The notes under the pieces: model-generated
Database searches by the model: none
Told to the model about the DNA's origin: nothing
The model's input: only the letters and a program-made list of their open reading frames with translations
Position numbers and translations under genes: made by a program
In this document: piece after piece, positions 32,501-44,180 of the stretch
How the letters are laid out: each line of letters opens with the position of its first letter
Position numbering within the stretch: the stretch's first letter is position 1
From: Vairimorpha necatrix
Taxonomy: Eukaryota
NCBI GenBank assembly: GCA_036630325.1
Contig: CP142728.1
Location: forward strand, 434,001 to 498,000
Direction: 5' to 3'
Length of the DNA stretch: 64,000 bases

Positions 32501-33663
32501 CTGGAAAAAGAACAAAGATGATAAAATAATAATTAAAAACTCCGAATCCGAAAACTTCCTAAAAAAGATGCATGAAATTGCTGGTCACCCAGGAATAGTC
32601 GTATTGAACAAAAATTTATCTCCCTTTTACAGCATCAACGGAATAAAAAGCAAGATAATTAATGTAACAAAAAACTGCAAAATATGCAACCTAAACAAGA
32701 AAGAAAAAGTAAAAATTCAGAAATTACAAATAACCTCCGATAAAATGTACGGAACGGTTGCAATGGACATATTTGGACCATTTGAACTCGAAAATTTCAT
32801 CCATGAAGATATTCATCACAAAGCATATTATCTGTCCATAACAGATGTCTATTCAAGAGTCTCAAGGGTATACCTACTGTATAACATCACGGAAAATACC
32901 ATAATAAAATGTATAGATAAATGGATACAAGAATTCCAACAGCCGGAAAAAATTATCATGGACAATGGCACTCAATTCACAGGCGAAAAACTAAGAGAAA
33001 AATACGGAAACTGTAAGGGAATTAAACTTATAAACACCCCAATATATCATCCACAAAGTAACGGAATGGCTGAAAGACAAAACAGCATAATAGCTGAGTG
33101 CTTAAGAATGAATAGATCTAATAACATCAGAGAAACAACAAATAAAATCAACATCAAGCTAAACGTCAATTATAAAAGAATAATCGGATGCTCACCATTC
33201 GAACTGGAGAAAAAATACAGTTTCTTTGACCCATTCAAAAGGCAAACCACCAACAAAGAACCTAAAAATAAAACAACTCCCATTATTCCAAACCTTAATA
33301 ATGATAAAAAATTACAAATAAACGAAAAAGTATTTATTAAAGAATTCAACGCCGGTAAGATGGATGAACAGTATAAAGGACCATACACAATCAAAGAAAT
33401 TGGAAACAAGGGAATCTGGGCCAGAGTGAACGAAGGAGGAAATTGGATCCACATAAAAGACATTAAAAGAAGAGGGTAGGATGTGGTATCCCACATGTCA
33501 AACATATCATTTTTTGACATTTCTTGATTTGTTTACCCCGTAAACAAACAATAAAAAATTATAAAAGAAAATTCCATACTTAGGGGTATGGAAGATATAA
33601 GAAATAAACATTATAGGTTTAACTTATCTTTATTGGAGTTGTACTTCCGCAGGAGGTACGACA
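29565..33663 (+). mobile_element. Ty3/Gypsy LTR retrotransposon, family A copy 2 (single open gag-pol ORF)
   Basis: LTRs 29565-29745 and 33482-33663 (differ by one T in a T-run); TSD CCTTC (29560-64, 33664-68); PPT ~33465-33481. Confidence 0.97.
29670..33479 (+). CDS. gag-pol: Gag-Pol polyprotein (gag, PR, RT, RNase H, integrase)
   Basis: 1269 aa; CX2HX4HX4C knuckle, LDCGAG, YIDD, HHCC, DDE, GPY; starts inside the 5' LTR and stops inside the PPT. Confidence 0.96.
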   Translation: MEDIRNKHYRFNLSLLELYFRRRYDILNSIREYKHHELQPTRGKEIAGHNSKTQEAKVVSIRIKTGEVDLGITKNVEMINDIYEIDLLGWFKKIEEIFQRNQWNEETKKLFLFDLIEDQIIDKANLKDNYEENKNYIISQVFSQKRVENLIVELDNLKQTDYIFFDNYINEIMKRVTIYSKVSNCSQKEYERRSKESIYRGLGLETVRYLEEQNLETLLEIIPALKRMEENIITRFNIPRKINNISGIRFMKKWCKVHKTLGHTTRDCGQSNETNRSNISKVKNEKFNLNKKTVAPDTNLNLKNTTRKISEPRENKNSLNYVSLENPTIVEQLDIPLIINKKHESTGTLDCGAGLNFIKADLVEQWSLTTRESKEIQVMFGNKSNETTSTLIELELQLKGKNETCKIELYLLQNLPVNILLGRDFISRNEIILDFTRRKIIWNNSTMSMKTNQEETEFQKPFEKTLITKDEARLHKIIDDYKSKIKENDPINTDQVKLQVSKNNIKLKKINYAVPSNYKEDAILEIERLLDSNIIEECNERNTSPEFFKKKKNGKIRLVIDYREINNFIEDEVEIIPKMDDIIYQIGKSEVISKLDLTNGFNQLLLTEESRKWTAFSIFGKTFRYKRLPFGLKNGPKAFQKTMNKILFGIKNISVYIDDIIIATKDYESHLNTLKELFTRLQKHNVIVNFAKSEFCTKDTEILGTRIFNGKMYPLTKDSKLIENMKCKTKKDLQKIIGIFNWYRKYIPNLSLEILNLTEKLKGKEQIVKLTKEDNSTINKLIDKLKNKSYLVLPDYSKKFTLHCDPSELGMGAVLSQEHGIILNISMKFNKTERNYTIVEKEYFAIVYAMDKCRNIILGNYVEIHTDNRNCLFKSKISRRMERWDAMMLEYNYSIKQIAGEDNTVADHLSRCFRTEKAKNENDLINTIELYAEKISENKSGTKNWKKNKDDKIIIKNSESENFLKKMHEIAGHPGIVVLNKNLSPFYSINGIKSKIINVTKNCKICNLNKKEKVKIQKLQITSDKMYGTVAMDIFGPFELENFIHEDIHHKAYYLSITDVYSRVSRVYLLYNITENTIIKCIDKWIQEFQQPEKIIMDNGTQFTGEKLREKYGNCKGIKLINTPIYHPQSNGMAERQNSIIAECLRMNRSNNIRETTNKINIKLNVNYKRIIGCSPFELEKKYSFFDPFKRQTTNKEPKNKTTPIIPNLNNDKKLQINEKVFIKEFNAGKMDEQYKGPYTIKEIGNKGIWARVNEGGNWIHIKDIKRRG

Positions 33664-33668
33664 CCTTC

Positions 33669-34295
33669 CATGTTATCTTTTGATAATTTTACCTATCATT
33701 ATGATAAATAAATACAATAAATACATTTTTTGTTAAATATGGGGAATAGGGAAAACTTCTCATGTCGACGAAACAGAAGTATGAAATAGTCTATAATTAC
33801 GAATTATACTACAGAGACACTTATTATACCTGGAACGACTTGGTTAGTTGGAGGTATAGAAAATGAAATAAATGACTGTTTTCTAAAGAATTGTTCTTTA
33901 TAAGACAGCGGCTGTAATGCTAGAGCCTTTTATAGGAGTAAGTTGGCGAATTAACTGATGGATTTGCATCTTATCGTTCTGCTTGTTCGCGACTTCGGTT
34001 CTGTTCATAAAGTTGTTAATCATAGTATTGGCTTTACTAATAAATATGATCATCATATTAATGAAATAGAGAATCTGTGTAGTAATTTGAAAACTGAATT
34101 ACGAACAAGAAGAGGAATAATGAAGATAGGTATGGAAGATTTTATATATGAGTTTCAATTCAGAAAATTCATGTTTAAAAAAACCAAAATATCGATACTT
34201 ATGAAGAAACTTTGTCAAATACTTTTGTTAGAATAAATGGATTAGGGGGTTTCAATTTTTTTTAGCACCTGTGATTTTAAATAAAGGGAGCGCCT
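33669..34295 (+). pseudogene. Merlin/IS1595-like transposase relic, interrupted by the family A copy 2 insertion
   Basis: GIGK..HVDET, TWLVGGIE, TDGFASY, HKVVNHS.GF..H.NEIENL; the N-terminal part (EGNLFENNKLP) appears to lie at ~29470-29564 on the other side of the LTR element. Confidence 0.75.
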
Positions 34296-34889
34296 TATTT
34301 TTTACCTAATTTGAAGCTAAAAATTGTTACAGCGGAATTTTTGTCAAAGAAAAAAACAGTCATAAATGACTTACTACTTCTACAGGAATGCTATAAAGGT
34401 AGTTATAAAAAATCGAATGCAAGCCTATTTAGAAGGAATCTGTCTTTTTTTACAATAAGCTGTAAAAAAAGAAAAAGAGTCAAAAATGTGCTTTTTACAT
34501 GTGTGCGAATGTACGTGCATATGTTACTTGGTGTATTTTATTAATTGGCAATACAAATGACCAACATAGTCTCAGTAACATGTGAGGTTTCTAGTCCTGT
34601 TCAAAAAAATTAAAGGGGTTATCATTTAAAGAATCAAGTTAAAAGGTTTTTTGTAAAAACAGAATAATTTCTAGGTCGGCGAGATAGCAATCTGTCAGGG
34701 CTAGAAAATTATGAATCTTATCAAAAAAGGATAAAACTGAAACAGATTGGCTGATTTGTAGGATAGAAAATGAAGGGGAAGATGTTTTTTGAAATTTACA
34801 TATAACATAACAATTCCCTGTAATGCGCGTATATTTATGCAATATGTGATATTTGAATTTAGATAAAATTTATTGCACAAAAAATCCTT

Positions 34890-35145
34890 CAACTGATTTT
34901 AGATCGATTTATAGAGTCGTTAATCGTAGTGTTGGTCTAACAAATATTAAGAAGAAAACACATACAAAACGGAGAATTTTTGAAAATAAAAAAACTAGAC
35001 TCAAAAAAAAATAAGACCATAAAGCAAATATGCAAGTATAAGAATTAAGACCTCAGTTTGGAATTTAATACTACAAAATACAGAGATATTTGACCATGTA
35101 GCAAATTTGTAAGATTTATTATATATGAGTTTCAATTTAGATCTG
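34890..35145 (+). pseudogene. Short Merlin-like transposase 3' remnant
   Basis: YRVVNRSVGLTN..HT and ..YEFQF, similar to 33990-34165. Confidence 0.45.
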
Positions 35146-35266
35146 AATGACCAAAAAGATATATAAAAAATTCTGCGTCATGATACATGTCTTTCTAGCC
35201 CCCGGGCTTTAAGTTAAAGCAATTCTAATGTCTTGATCTTCCATGTTTTTGTTTCTTACCCTCTAA

Positions 35267-35614
35267 ATGACTGTTAGAAAGTACAGATACATTTCTTTTA
35301 ATTTCTCAATACAGGAAAATAGGAAACTTGATCTGGAAAGTTCAATTCTGTCAATCATAAGAGACAAGGTCACTGAGAATTACGGGGAGAATATTCTGTA
35401 CAGACTACACAATCTGGCCCTATTAGAATATTTAAGAGATAATAATATATTTATTATTAGAGTAGACAGAGATATTAGTAAATATGTTATATTTAGTCTT
35501 ATTAGTAGTGGAGAAATAAACAAAATCAAGTGTAATTTCCGATTACTTTATATTTCGGGAATTTATAAGAAATTATTAAAAAGAATTTTGAATCATCTGA
35601 CTAACACGACATAA
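35267..35614 (+). CDS. POP5: RNase P/MRP subunit Pop5/Rpp14 family
   Basis: VRKYRYI..YG..IIRVDR..ISG.YKK pattern; CCC upstream. Confidence 0.75.
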   Translation: MTVRKYRYISFNFSIQENRKLDLESSILSIIRDKVTENYGENILYRLHNLALLEYLRDNNIFIIRVDRDISKYVIFSLISSGEINKIKCNFRLLYISGIYKKLLKRILNHLTNTT

Positions 35615-35645
35615 TAGAACTTTATAAATATTTTAATTTTTTTAG

Positions 35646-36656
35646 TTAAATTTCGTTTGTTTTTCTCAGTGGCAATTTATTCCATTCCTCGTTAAACTCT
35701 TCATTGATCTCAATTTTAATAATCGGAAAACTCAAATGCGGCTTCTTCTCAGTTCTTTGTATATCTACTTCTGTATCATTTTCAACCCATTCACTCTCGC
35801 TACTATCTTCATCATCTGTCTCATTTTCTTCTGACACAATGTCTTCTCCATCATCTTCTTCTTCCCATGTACTGTCTTCGTCATAATCTACTCCCAGTAT
35901 ATTTCCGAGACTATTTCTTATTTTTATATTTTTGTCTTGTTTTTTGTAAATTGGCGGCCGGCAGTCCGCCGCCAATTTTATAAAAATTTTCTTGACAGGA
36001 TTTATTAAATCTTTTCTTCGTCTTAAAGAAATTTTGTTTGGGTTTTTTAAGTTGTAAATGTAGACAGTAGAATTAAACTGTAAAGGAATAAATCTACTAG
36101 ATTGAGAGACAAGTTTCTCCCTTTTGGTGATGTAATTCAAGATTGACGAGTCATTACTTTTTACTTCTGTCATTTTGACTTTTTTCTTTTTCTTATTTAC
36201 TTTTATTTCTTCCTCTTTCTTTCTAATAGGTAGCTCGTCTTTTTTCTTATTTTTGTTTGTTTGTTCTTCTTTTATATCTTGTTTGATTTTATTCTTATTT
36301 TTTTCTTCTTCCTTTAGATTTATCTTTTCGAACATTTTCGTAATGTCTTCATTCCTATATTCTGATCTCTTCCCTATAAGTTTCTTAGTCTCGTCTGATA
36401 GATCTTTCATATCTTTCAGTCTAAATATTCCCTTCTCTAAGTCGTACCACTCTCTCAGTGCATTAGTAAGTTTTCTTATATTCATTTCTCTTCTTTTTCT
36501 GTTATTTTTATATTTGTAAAGAGTATTATAAAGATTTTCTAAGGGCATGTTGGTATTCTTGTGGCACAATAAGACAAGGAGATCTTTGGGAATATTTTGA
36601 TCTTCTGACAATTTCCAAGTCTTTAATAAGTCAAGAACATAAGGATGTGTAAGCAT
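35646..36656 (-). CDS. Chromatin assembly factor 1 large subunit (Cac1/p150)-like
   Basis: KER-rich region, RPP.Y, DYDEDS.WEEEDDGEDI acidic motif; start taken at the ATG after CCCC (36656). Confidence 0.78.
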   Translation of the reverse strand: MLTHPYVLDLLKTWKLSEDQNIPKDLLVLLCHKNTNMPLENLYNTLYKYKNNRKRREMNIRKLTNALREWYDLEKGIFRLKDMKDLSDETKKLIGKRSEYRNEDITKMFEKINLKEEEKNKNKIKQDIKEEQTNKNKKKDELPIRKKEEEIKVNKKKKKVKMTEVKSNDSSILNYITKREKLVSQSSRFIPLQFNSTVYIYNLKNPNKISLRRRKDLINPVKKIFIKLAADCRPPIYKKQDKNIKIRNSLGNILGVDYDEDSTWEEEDDGEDIVSEENETDDEDSSESEWVENDTEVDIQRTEKKPHLSFPIIKIEINEEFNEEWNKLPLRKTNEI

Positions 36657-37037
36657 CAAGAAAAATGGGGTATATATAAAAGGCATCGTATATACAAATA
36701 GTTGGTGGAAATGTCTGCCAACGTATAAAAAAATAGCCCTTAAATATGAAATTTGAAGCGAAAAACGCCACAAACTAATAGATTTATAGTAATGTGAAGC
36801 AAAATGATCTGTCAAATACAACATAACAATCATTTTAATACTTCTTATATGCTTTGATGATATTTAAAGACCGTATGGTTTTTTTTAAAATTTGAACTTC
36901 TTCTATAGTTAAAACCCCTCCCATAAATGTAAAAATTAAGAAAGACCTGTTGAATAAAAGGCATAAAATATGAATATAGCTATACGGAGGGTCAAATACT
37001 CAACAAATACCCTCGGACTTCACCATAAATTGTTTCG

Positions 37038-37816
37038 TTTTTTTTCTCTGCAAGTAAGAGGTAGGGAGAAACCTTACATAGGAACCAGAGGGATTTAATG
37101 TGATCCTTATCCAACTGGTATTGTGAGATTTTTACTCACTAAAATTTCTTCCATACAAATTGCAGGTGCAGCAGGCTCCGCCGTATCCATTAGACTTTGG
37201 CCCCAGTAGAACACTTCCCATTTAAACAAGAATTCGCATCCAGAGCGACCTCGCAGAGGATATACTTAACGGGCATGGTTATCTATAACCCGAAGAGAGG
37301 CATCATCGTACTGACTCAAAGGTCTCTACAATCATCTGTAATGCAAATACGGCTTCTTACACGACCACATCACCAGCCCGGCATTTTTATTAAGCTGCGC
37401 TTACCACTAACTTCGGCCACCGTGTTACAAGATCTCGTAGGATAGGTTCATCGAGGCTTTTTATTGCCCTATTTCGTCTTGTCTCTTAGAGAGCTCTAGG
37501 ATCCTACATTAGAGTGCACAAGCCATGGGCTCCAATTAGACCGTACATATCGGATACTTTTAAATTTTATTATGCTACCACAAGTGTGACACTATTTTAG
37601 TTCTTGAGATGCGTTTCTACACTAGATGCTAATCCCCTTGTGTCTAGAAACACAACAGGTTTCATTGAAACAACTATATGATTATCGCGGACATTTTCAT
37701 CATCTAAGTTGTTCCAACTACACCATAGAATGTATAAACAATTTTGGTGCCTCTAAGATTCGATTCCAGCTATTGGTCAATGGAAGCATCGCCTTCGACC
37801 ACTAGACCAAGGGCAC
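37038..37816 (-). mobile_element. tRNA-derived SINE-like element, second full-length copy
   Basis: Colinear with 26830-27630 end to end; A box TGGTCTAGTGG, decayed B box, A8 tail; no TSD seen. Confidence 0.9.
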
Positions 37817-38349
37817 ATTTGGTTCATACACTATGATAATTATTTATATTCCGAAGAAAGAATAATAGCATGCTGGTATGATAAAAATATAAACCACGCC
37901 AAGAATAAAAATGTCTATGCAATTGTGAAACATTTTACTCGCCAATTCCCGCCTTTGTTCAACTTTTCGTAGTATTTATTATAGATGAACTTTTTTTTAC
38001 TTCTATTGCTTATTTTTTTCTACCAAATAAAAAATATGAAACTTATCTGGAAGCTTTTCAAATACTATTCATTTTGGCAAAGATTAAAAAATGAATAGTA
38101 TGATAATATATCTTATATTCGTCTATACATGTTGCATTGCAAAGTGTATATTGAGACACCAGAAAACGATTTTGTGATTTACTTATTCAGATTCGGGTTT
38201 GAAAAAAATTCTAATCAATGATTTTTTCTAAATTATACAAGAATGTAAGATTTTTAATTTTACATCAAATTACCGCATTGTTTAATATATATCAGTGAAG
38301 AAAAAAATACTCAAATGCAATTAAGTTTTATGTATATATGGTTTTAAAA

Positions 38350-38570
38350 ACAGTAACAATTCCCTACGTAATCACTTGGGACAGCATAGTGACAAAGTTT
38401 CACAAGACTCGAAAACCCTGAGAAGGTAGAAGCGTACATCCAGATGATCACGCTAAAAAATATTCTCTGAACTATCGAAAAAGAGGAGCTGGAAGCTACC
38501 TACAAGCAGGAGATGCTAACGCGGAACCTATCCTCGTTAAATTAGAAGTAAATACACTAAGTATGCCCCA
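38350..38570 (+). mobile_element. Internally deleted 3' end of an RLE-type non-LTR retrotransposon
   Basis: IPYVITWDSIVTKFHK..VEAYIQMITLK; shares its 3' sequence (ctacaagcaggagatgctaacgcggaacc) with 10654-11060. Confidence 0.75.
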
Positions 38571-39224
38571 ATTTAATTTATTTTTAAGTTCTATGACGCG
38601 ATTATACAATTAAATTACTTTTTACCTATTATATGAAAAATTAGTTGAAAAAAGATCTTTTGCTTTTGTTTTTTAGAGAAATAATAGTAGTAAACATAGC
38701 ATTTACAAATAATAGAGAAAGGGGCCCGAATTCTTGCTTGAAAAGAGAATTGTATTCATTACATTTAAGTTTAATTGAGTATAAATGTGTTTAACAAATC
38801 GAGATTTTTTTAATGAAATATACAAACATAATACAAAAGCCAGAAAACAAGAAAAAAAACACTTAAAATAGAAAAATATTAAGGCATTGGTTGTTCTCAA
38901 TAGCTATCGAAATTGTGTCCTTATATAACTTTAAGCATAAAATTTTACAATTTTTTATTCATTTTGATTTCACCTTTTACGGGGATTCTTTTAATAGTTG
39001 GCGGACTTTTTCCCATGTGCAAATAACATCTTTATTATATTTATTATAATTTTTTGTATACATATCTTATGTTTAAAATATTTATTATTAGCCTACTACA
39101 GAGCCTTAAATACCGACAAAAATCCTCAAAATAACTTAAAAAGCCTATAAATGATTAGAAGTATAGAAGATGGATCAAGATATAATCTTATAGATCTTGG
39201 TTGTGGGTGCGTTAGAATAGTTGC

Positions 39225-39310
39225 GCAGTATCAGTTATATCTGAATCACACTCAAATTCCTTTGGTTCCTATATAAGGCTTTTATCTACCTCTTACTTGC
39301 TAAGAAAAGA
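39225..39310 (+). mobile_element. 3' fragment of the SINE-like family
   Basis: atcacactcaaattcctttggttcctatataagg..ctacctcttacttgc matches the SINE 3' end. Confidence 0.75.
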
Positions 39311-41648
39311 GGTTCTAGGAAAATTCACCGACCATCAATTCACCGACATCAATTCACCGACAGCAATTCACCGAAAATCAATTCACCGACCAACAAATTC
39401 ACCGACAACAAATTCACCGACAACAAATTCACCGACAACAAATTCACCGAAAAATTATAATATGTATTTTTTATGGGTATATTTATGATATACATATTTA
39501 ATTTAAATTTTTTTTTTGTATGGATCATAAATATTGTGCAATATAGCATTTGAATATTACTATATTTATATCACTAAATAAATTAAAAAATAGGAAAAGT
39601 ATCAAAATGTTCATTAAAAATTAATCTGAAAAGAAAGATTATGAAACAACGCGACAACAGCTCCTCAAAATTATGACATAAAATGTACTAGTATACTTGT
39701 AACATTAATGTTTTTACATTGCATTGGGGTGTAATGTTCTATCTAGACATATTGTAATAAAGTCTCATCCAATTCGATACCAAAGTGCAATGAAGGTATC
39801 TTAGGCACAATTGGTAAGGCGCAGGTTTGCGAAGAAAGATCTATACTTTACTTAAAATGGCACAACTCTTTTTAAATATTTTAACATTTTAATTCTGAAC
39901 CCCTAATTTCAATAATGCAGATCGAATATTTACTCTCAGAAAAGGGGAAGAAAAAATTAATTTTAGAAGGTCATCTTTTCTTTAAAGAAAAAGATGTTTG
40001 GGAACTATCCAAAATATATTGGAAATGTGAATACTATCAAAAGTGCAAGTGTAGAGTGATTACAATGTCTAATGGGGAAATTAAAGTGTTTGGCGAACAC
40101 AACCATTCGGGAGATGCTGCTAAAGTCGAAGCAGATAAAATATATGCTAATGTTCGAGCCTTGGCAAAAAGCTCTAGAGAAGCGCCACAATCTATTATAT
40201 CAGATTGTTTATCTCTATGCAGCCATGCTGCAGCTCCAAAATTGCCATCGATTGACAGTATGAAGCGTAGCGTTCGGTATATTCGACAAATTGCAGAAAC
40301 TAGCCCCGCACTCCCAAATTCGCGGCAAGAAATTACATTCACAGACGAATTCAAAGAAACGACAAGAGGGGAACCCTTTTTGCTATATGATTCTGGACCA
40401 GATGAAAACAGAATTTTATTTTTTCGACGACTCACAATTTACGGCTTTTGGCAGATAGTCAACACTGGTACGCAGATGGCACCTTTAAAACCGTACCATT
40501 ATTATTTCATCAACTGTACACAATTCACGGGCTAAAACAAAGTGCTTCTATTCCCTTGGTCTTCGCTTTATTGCCAAATAAATTAGAGCAAACGTATTCT
40601 AAATTTCTTTGCACTTTAAAAGAGTTGGAACCATCATTAAATCCGCAATCCATAACTGTAGATTTTGAAAAAGCCATGATGAATGCTATTTCAGTACAGT
40701 TTCCTGGTGCAAGTGTCTAAGGATGCTTTTTTCATTTCTCACAGTGCATTTTTCGAGCAGTTCAAAATCATGGACTCAAACTACTGTACAATACAGATCC
40801 AGAATTTGCACTGCAAATAAGATCGCTGGCCGCCATAGCATTTGTACCTTCCAATTTTGTTGTTGAAGTTTTTGAAGAATTGTCTGACAGAATACTGCCC
40901 ATCGAAGCTCTGCCCGTCTTAGATTATTTTGAAGATACTTGGATTGGCCGCCCAAACCGAAGACAGCGTCGAGCCCCGAAATTTGCATCAGAGATATGGA
41001 ATATGTACTCCAGAACAATAGATGGTCTACCGAGGACTAACAACTCGGTCGAAGGTTGGCATCGTGGGTTCGAGTCGCAAGCTGGTGGTACTCACCTGAA
41101 TATTTGGAAGTTTATCAATTGCTTAAAAAAGGAACAATCTCTAAATGAAGTTCGAATAGAACAATTTTTTTCTGGTTTTAATGCTCCTACGTCTAAAAAA
41201 AATATCGCGATTGTAGAACGAGACTTCTAAATATAGTGTCCAATTTTAATCGAGAAAATATTATAGAATATATTCATGCCATTGCCCATAATCTGACATT
41301 TTAATAATAAATTATTAGATTTTATGTTTTCTATTATTTTTAATTAGTTTTTTATGTTTATGATCATTTTGATACTTTTCCTATTTTTTAATTTATTTAG
41401 TTATATAAATATAGTAATATTCAAATGCTATATTGCACAATATTTATGATCCATACACAAAAAAAATTTAAATTAAATATGTATATCATAAATATACCCA
41501 TAAAAAATACATATTTCAATTTTTCGGTGAATTTGTTGTCGGTGAATTTGTTGTCGGTGAATTTGTTGGTCGGTGAATTGATTTTCGGTGAATTGCTGTC
41601 GGTGAATTGATGTCGGTGAATTGATGGTCGGTGAATTCTCCGGACACC
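39311..41648 (+). mobile_element. Mutator-superfamily (FLYWCH-MULE, Phantom-like) DNA transposon with foldback-type TIRs
   Basis: ~300-bp TIRs (39311-~39615, ~41358-41648) starting GGT, with 9 and 8 tandem AATTCACCGA units; 9-bp TSD AAGAAAAGA (39302-10, 41649-57). Confidence 0.95.
39915..41304 (+). pseudogene. MULE transposase with N-terminal FLYWCH zinc finger, disrupted
   Basis: YWKC..C.CR..HNH; WYADGTFK; VDFEKA; GCFFHFSQC; RTNNSVEGWH; frameshifts in a T-run (~40420) and an A-run (~41200); in-frame TAA 40718-20. Confidence 0.92.
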
Positions 41649-41719
41649 AAGAAAAGAATGTAAAAACAGCCCTCTATGAAAATCAAAAGACATATATCTA
41701 GTCATAAATATTTATTATT

Positions 41720-42685
41720 TTATAATATCGGGTAAATTTTAAAAGTGTGCTCATCGATACAAATCTTTATAAACATTTTCTTTTCAAAATACGTCGTCTT
41801 TATCGGAAAATCTTCCCATTTTTTCTTTATCTTTATTTTCTTGTATCTCATAAATCCAATATTTATATCTTCTAGTTTAGTCTCTGTGCTTTCTAATTTG
41901 GTCTCTGGGTTTAAAGCGCACAGAGTGCGCACTAGATAAATCTTAAGATTCGTCATGTCTTTATGAAATTCCATCTCTAAATTTAGAGAACGAATAAACA
42001 AATGATCATATTTTAGTGTCATGACCAAGTCTCCTTTGTCTTTTATCTCTGATTTTATAGTCTTTGAGATCATACGAGTTGGTTTTTTTAAATAATAAAA
42101 TATGTCGCCTTTGTTTTTATATTTATTTATTAAATCATTAAAACCATTCTGATATGATTTATATACATCATTTATATAGCTATTTATAATAGACGCGTCT
42201 ATTTTATCATCTATATCATCATTCTTACTTAATTGATTATTCCGTAAAAATTTTATTATTTCTGTAAATCCTGTACATGTTTCATCTTCTTCTTCGTCTA
42301 TCCTCACCATATCACTATCAATAAACAAATCTACTTTACAATCCTTATACGAATATTCCCTTCCAACTGTAAACTCATATTCATACCTATTTTTATTTTT
42401 ATTTCTTACCAGAATTATTACTAAACTGTATTTGACACTAAAGAACTCACTAGTAAATGACGGAATACAATTGTAAGGAATGAGACATTTATAAAAAAAA
42501 CTAAACCTTTTTGGTTCGTAAAATAATGGGACTGATGATAAAATCTTAATTTTATTAAAAGAAGTAATGAGAAAAGATTCGATAAAAATGAATAAACAGT
42601 CGGGGATATTTTGAGGAGATAAGGAGATGTGAACAGATAAAAGAGAATTTTGAGATATTTTGGAGAATCTGACAATTGGGATCAT
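41720..42685 (-). CDS. Hypothetical protein, arrestin-fold/Rgp1-like
   Basis: FSFFYKCLIP..IPSF.SEFFSVKYSL motif; start taken at the ATG after CCC (42685). Confidence 0.55.
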   Translation of the reverse strand: MIPIVRFSKISQNSLLSVHISLSPQNIPDCLFIFIESFLITSFNKIKILSSVPLFYEPKRFSFFYKCLIPYNCIPSFTSEFFSVKYSLVIILVRNKNKNRYEYEFTVGREYSYKDCKVDLFIDSDMVRIDEEEDETCTGFTEIIKFLRNNQLSKNDDIDDKIDASIINSYINDVYKSYQNGFNDLINKYKNKGDIFYYLKKPTRMISKTIKSEIKDKGDLVMTLKYDHLFIRSLNLEMEFHKDMTNLKIYLVRTLCALNPETKLESTETKLEDINIGFMRYKKIKIKKKWEDFPIKTTYFEKKMFIKICIDEHTFKIYPIL

Positions 42686-42785
42686 AAAAAAGGGCAAAAT
42701 GAAAGAAAAAATATTGAAAAATGTTTAGGGGCATAAACAGCATAAACCAATGGAGACGGGAATAATTTCAATGTAGAGACAGAAT

Positions 42786-43410
42786 TTTATTATTTATAAG
42801 TAAGAGAAGGTAGACATCTTACATAGGGACTATGAGGGATTTGGGTGTGATCATTATTCAACTAATACAGCTGGATTCCTACCTACTAAACCATATAACT
42901 TACAGACAAGGCGAGCTCCATAGTATCGATTATAGGCCTACGAATAAATTCACCATCTATTTCACAAACCGAGCTCAGAATTATTGTAAAACATAAATAT
43001 ATTAGTCGAAGAGAGACATAATCATACTATAAAGATGATTACACTACACATCATCAGCCTGCATTTAATTATACTGCGTTAATCACAGTATCGGCCACCG
43101 TGTTACAGAATACTGTAAGACAGAGTGCACGAGACTTTTATTTGTTCTACTTCGTCTAGTTGCTAGATTGAGGATTAGACACAGTGTGAAGCAAACATGA
43201 GCTCCAAGTAAGCTGACCCATCAGATACTTTTATGTTATTTTTAATTCGAACAAGAATGTATACTTAGCTTATGGTGCGTTTTTACACTAGATGTCAATT
43301 TTAAATGGCTGACGCATACAAGTTTCATTGAATCAACTTAATAATTATCGCGATATTTTCATCATCTGAGTTGTTCCAAATGCATCATAGGAATTACCTT
43401 TTAGTGCCGG
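42786..43410 (-). mobile_element. Diverged SINE-like copy with internal deletion
   Basis: Reverse complement retains ctatgatgca-ttggaacaactcagatgatgaaaat, gttgattcaatgaaacttg, ctgtaacacggtggccga, gatcacacccaaatccctc, ctcttactt. Confidence 0.85.
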
Positions 43411-44180
43411 TACATTGGCGAGCTCTGCTTTAACAAGAGCATAAGTAATCCCTTAACACGTAGTCTAAATATAGGGTTGCAAATATTATTATTATTACTT
43501 ATCCAGATATAATTGTTTGACTCGCATTTTGTGTCAGGAAAACAATAAGTCTTAAAACAATATTGTATAGTCATTACTTGTTCAAGAAGATAATGAAATT
43601 TTAAAGCTTCAAATTTAAAGAAGAATGCTTTATGATCAAATTAGTAAGGGCTATTTTAAGTCGAAATCTCGTTGTATCAGTTGGACGGGGATTTTCACAT
43701 ATGAACATTTTGATCTTTCAAATAATAAATTCCATTTAAGACCACAAAGAGAATTCATAAAATAAGCCAAACATATATTGGTTTTAAAACACATACTAGT
43801 ATTTACAAGACATTTCTAATATAATCCCTCAACATAATCTCGCACAGTCAATCATAATTCGAATTATGTGTCATTCCAAGTTTCATACAGCCATGCCTAG
43901 ATCTAGTACTATCTATTATTTACACTCAAGTCGGATCGTAGTTTTTATAAATGAAATCTACGTCCAAATAATATAACTTTGTAACATTCTTTGATTTTTA
44001 TACTGTCTAAACACGCTATTAGCACCAGGAGCTATTAAGACAATAAATAAGTTTCTTTTATCTTAGTCGTAAATCAACAGAGATCTGTCAATAATATTTG
44101 CTATATAGATATATTGTCTCAATATAATACAATCTTGAGTCTATAAAAAGAAAGTAAAACATACCCCCATCTTTGTTTTC

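Noticed and set aside
39322-39455. CRISPR-like array
   Set aside because: Units of ~14-16 bp without unique spacers, mirrored at 41521-41638; these are subterminal TIR repeats
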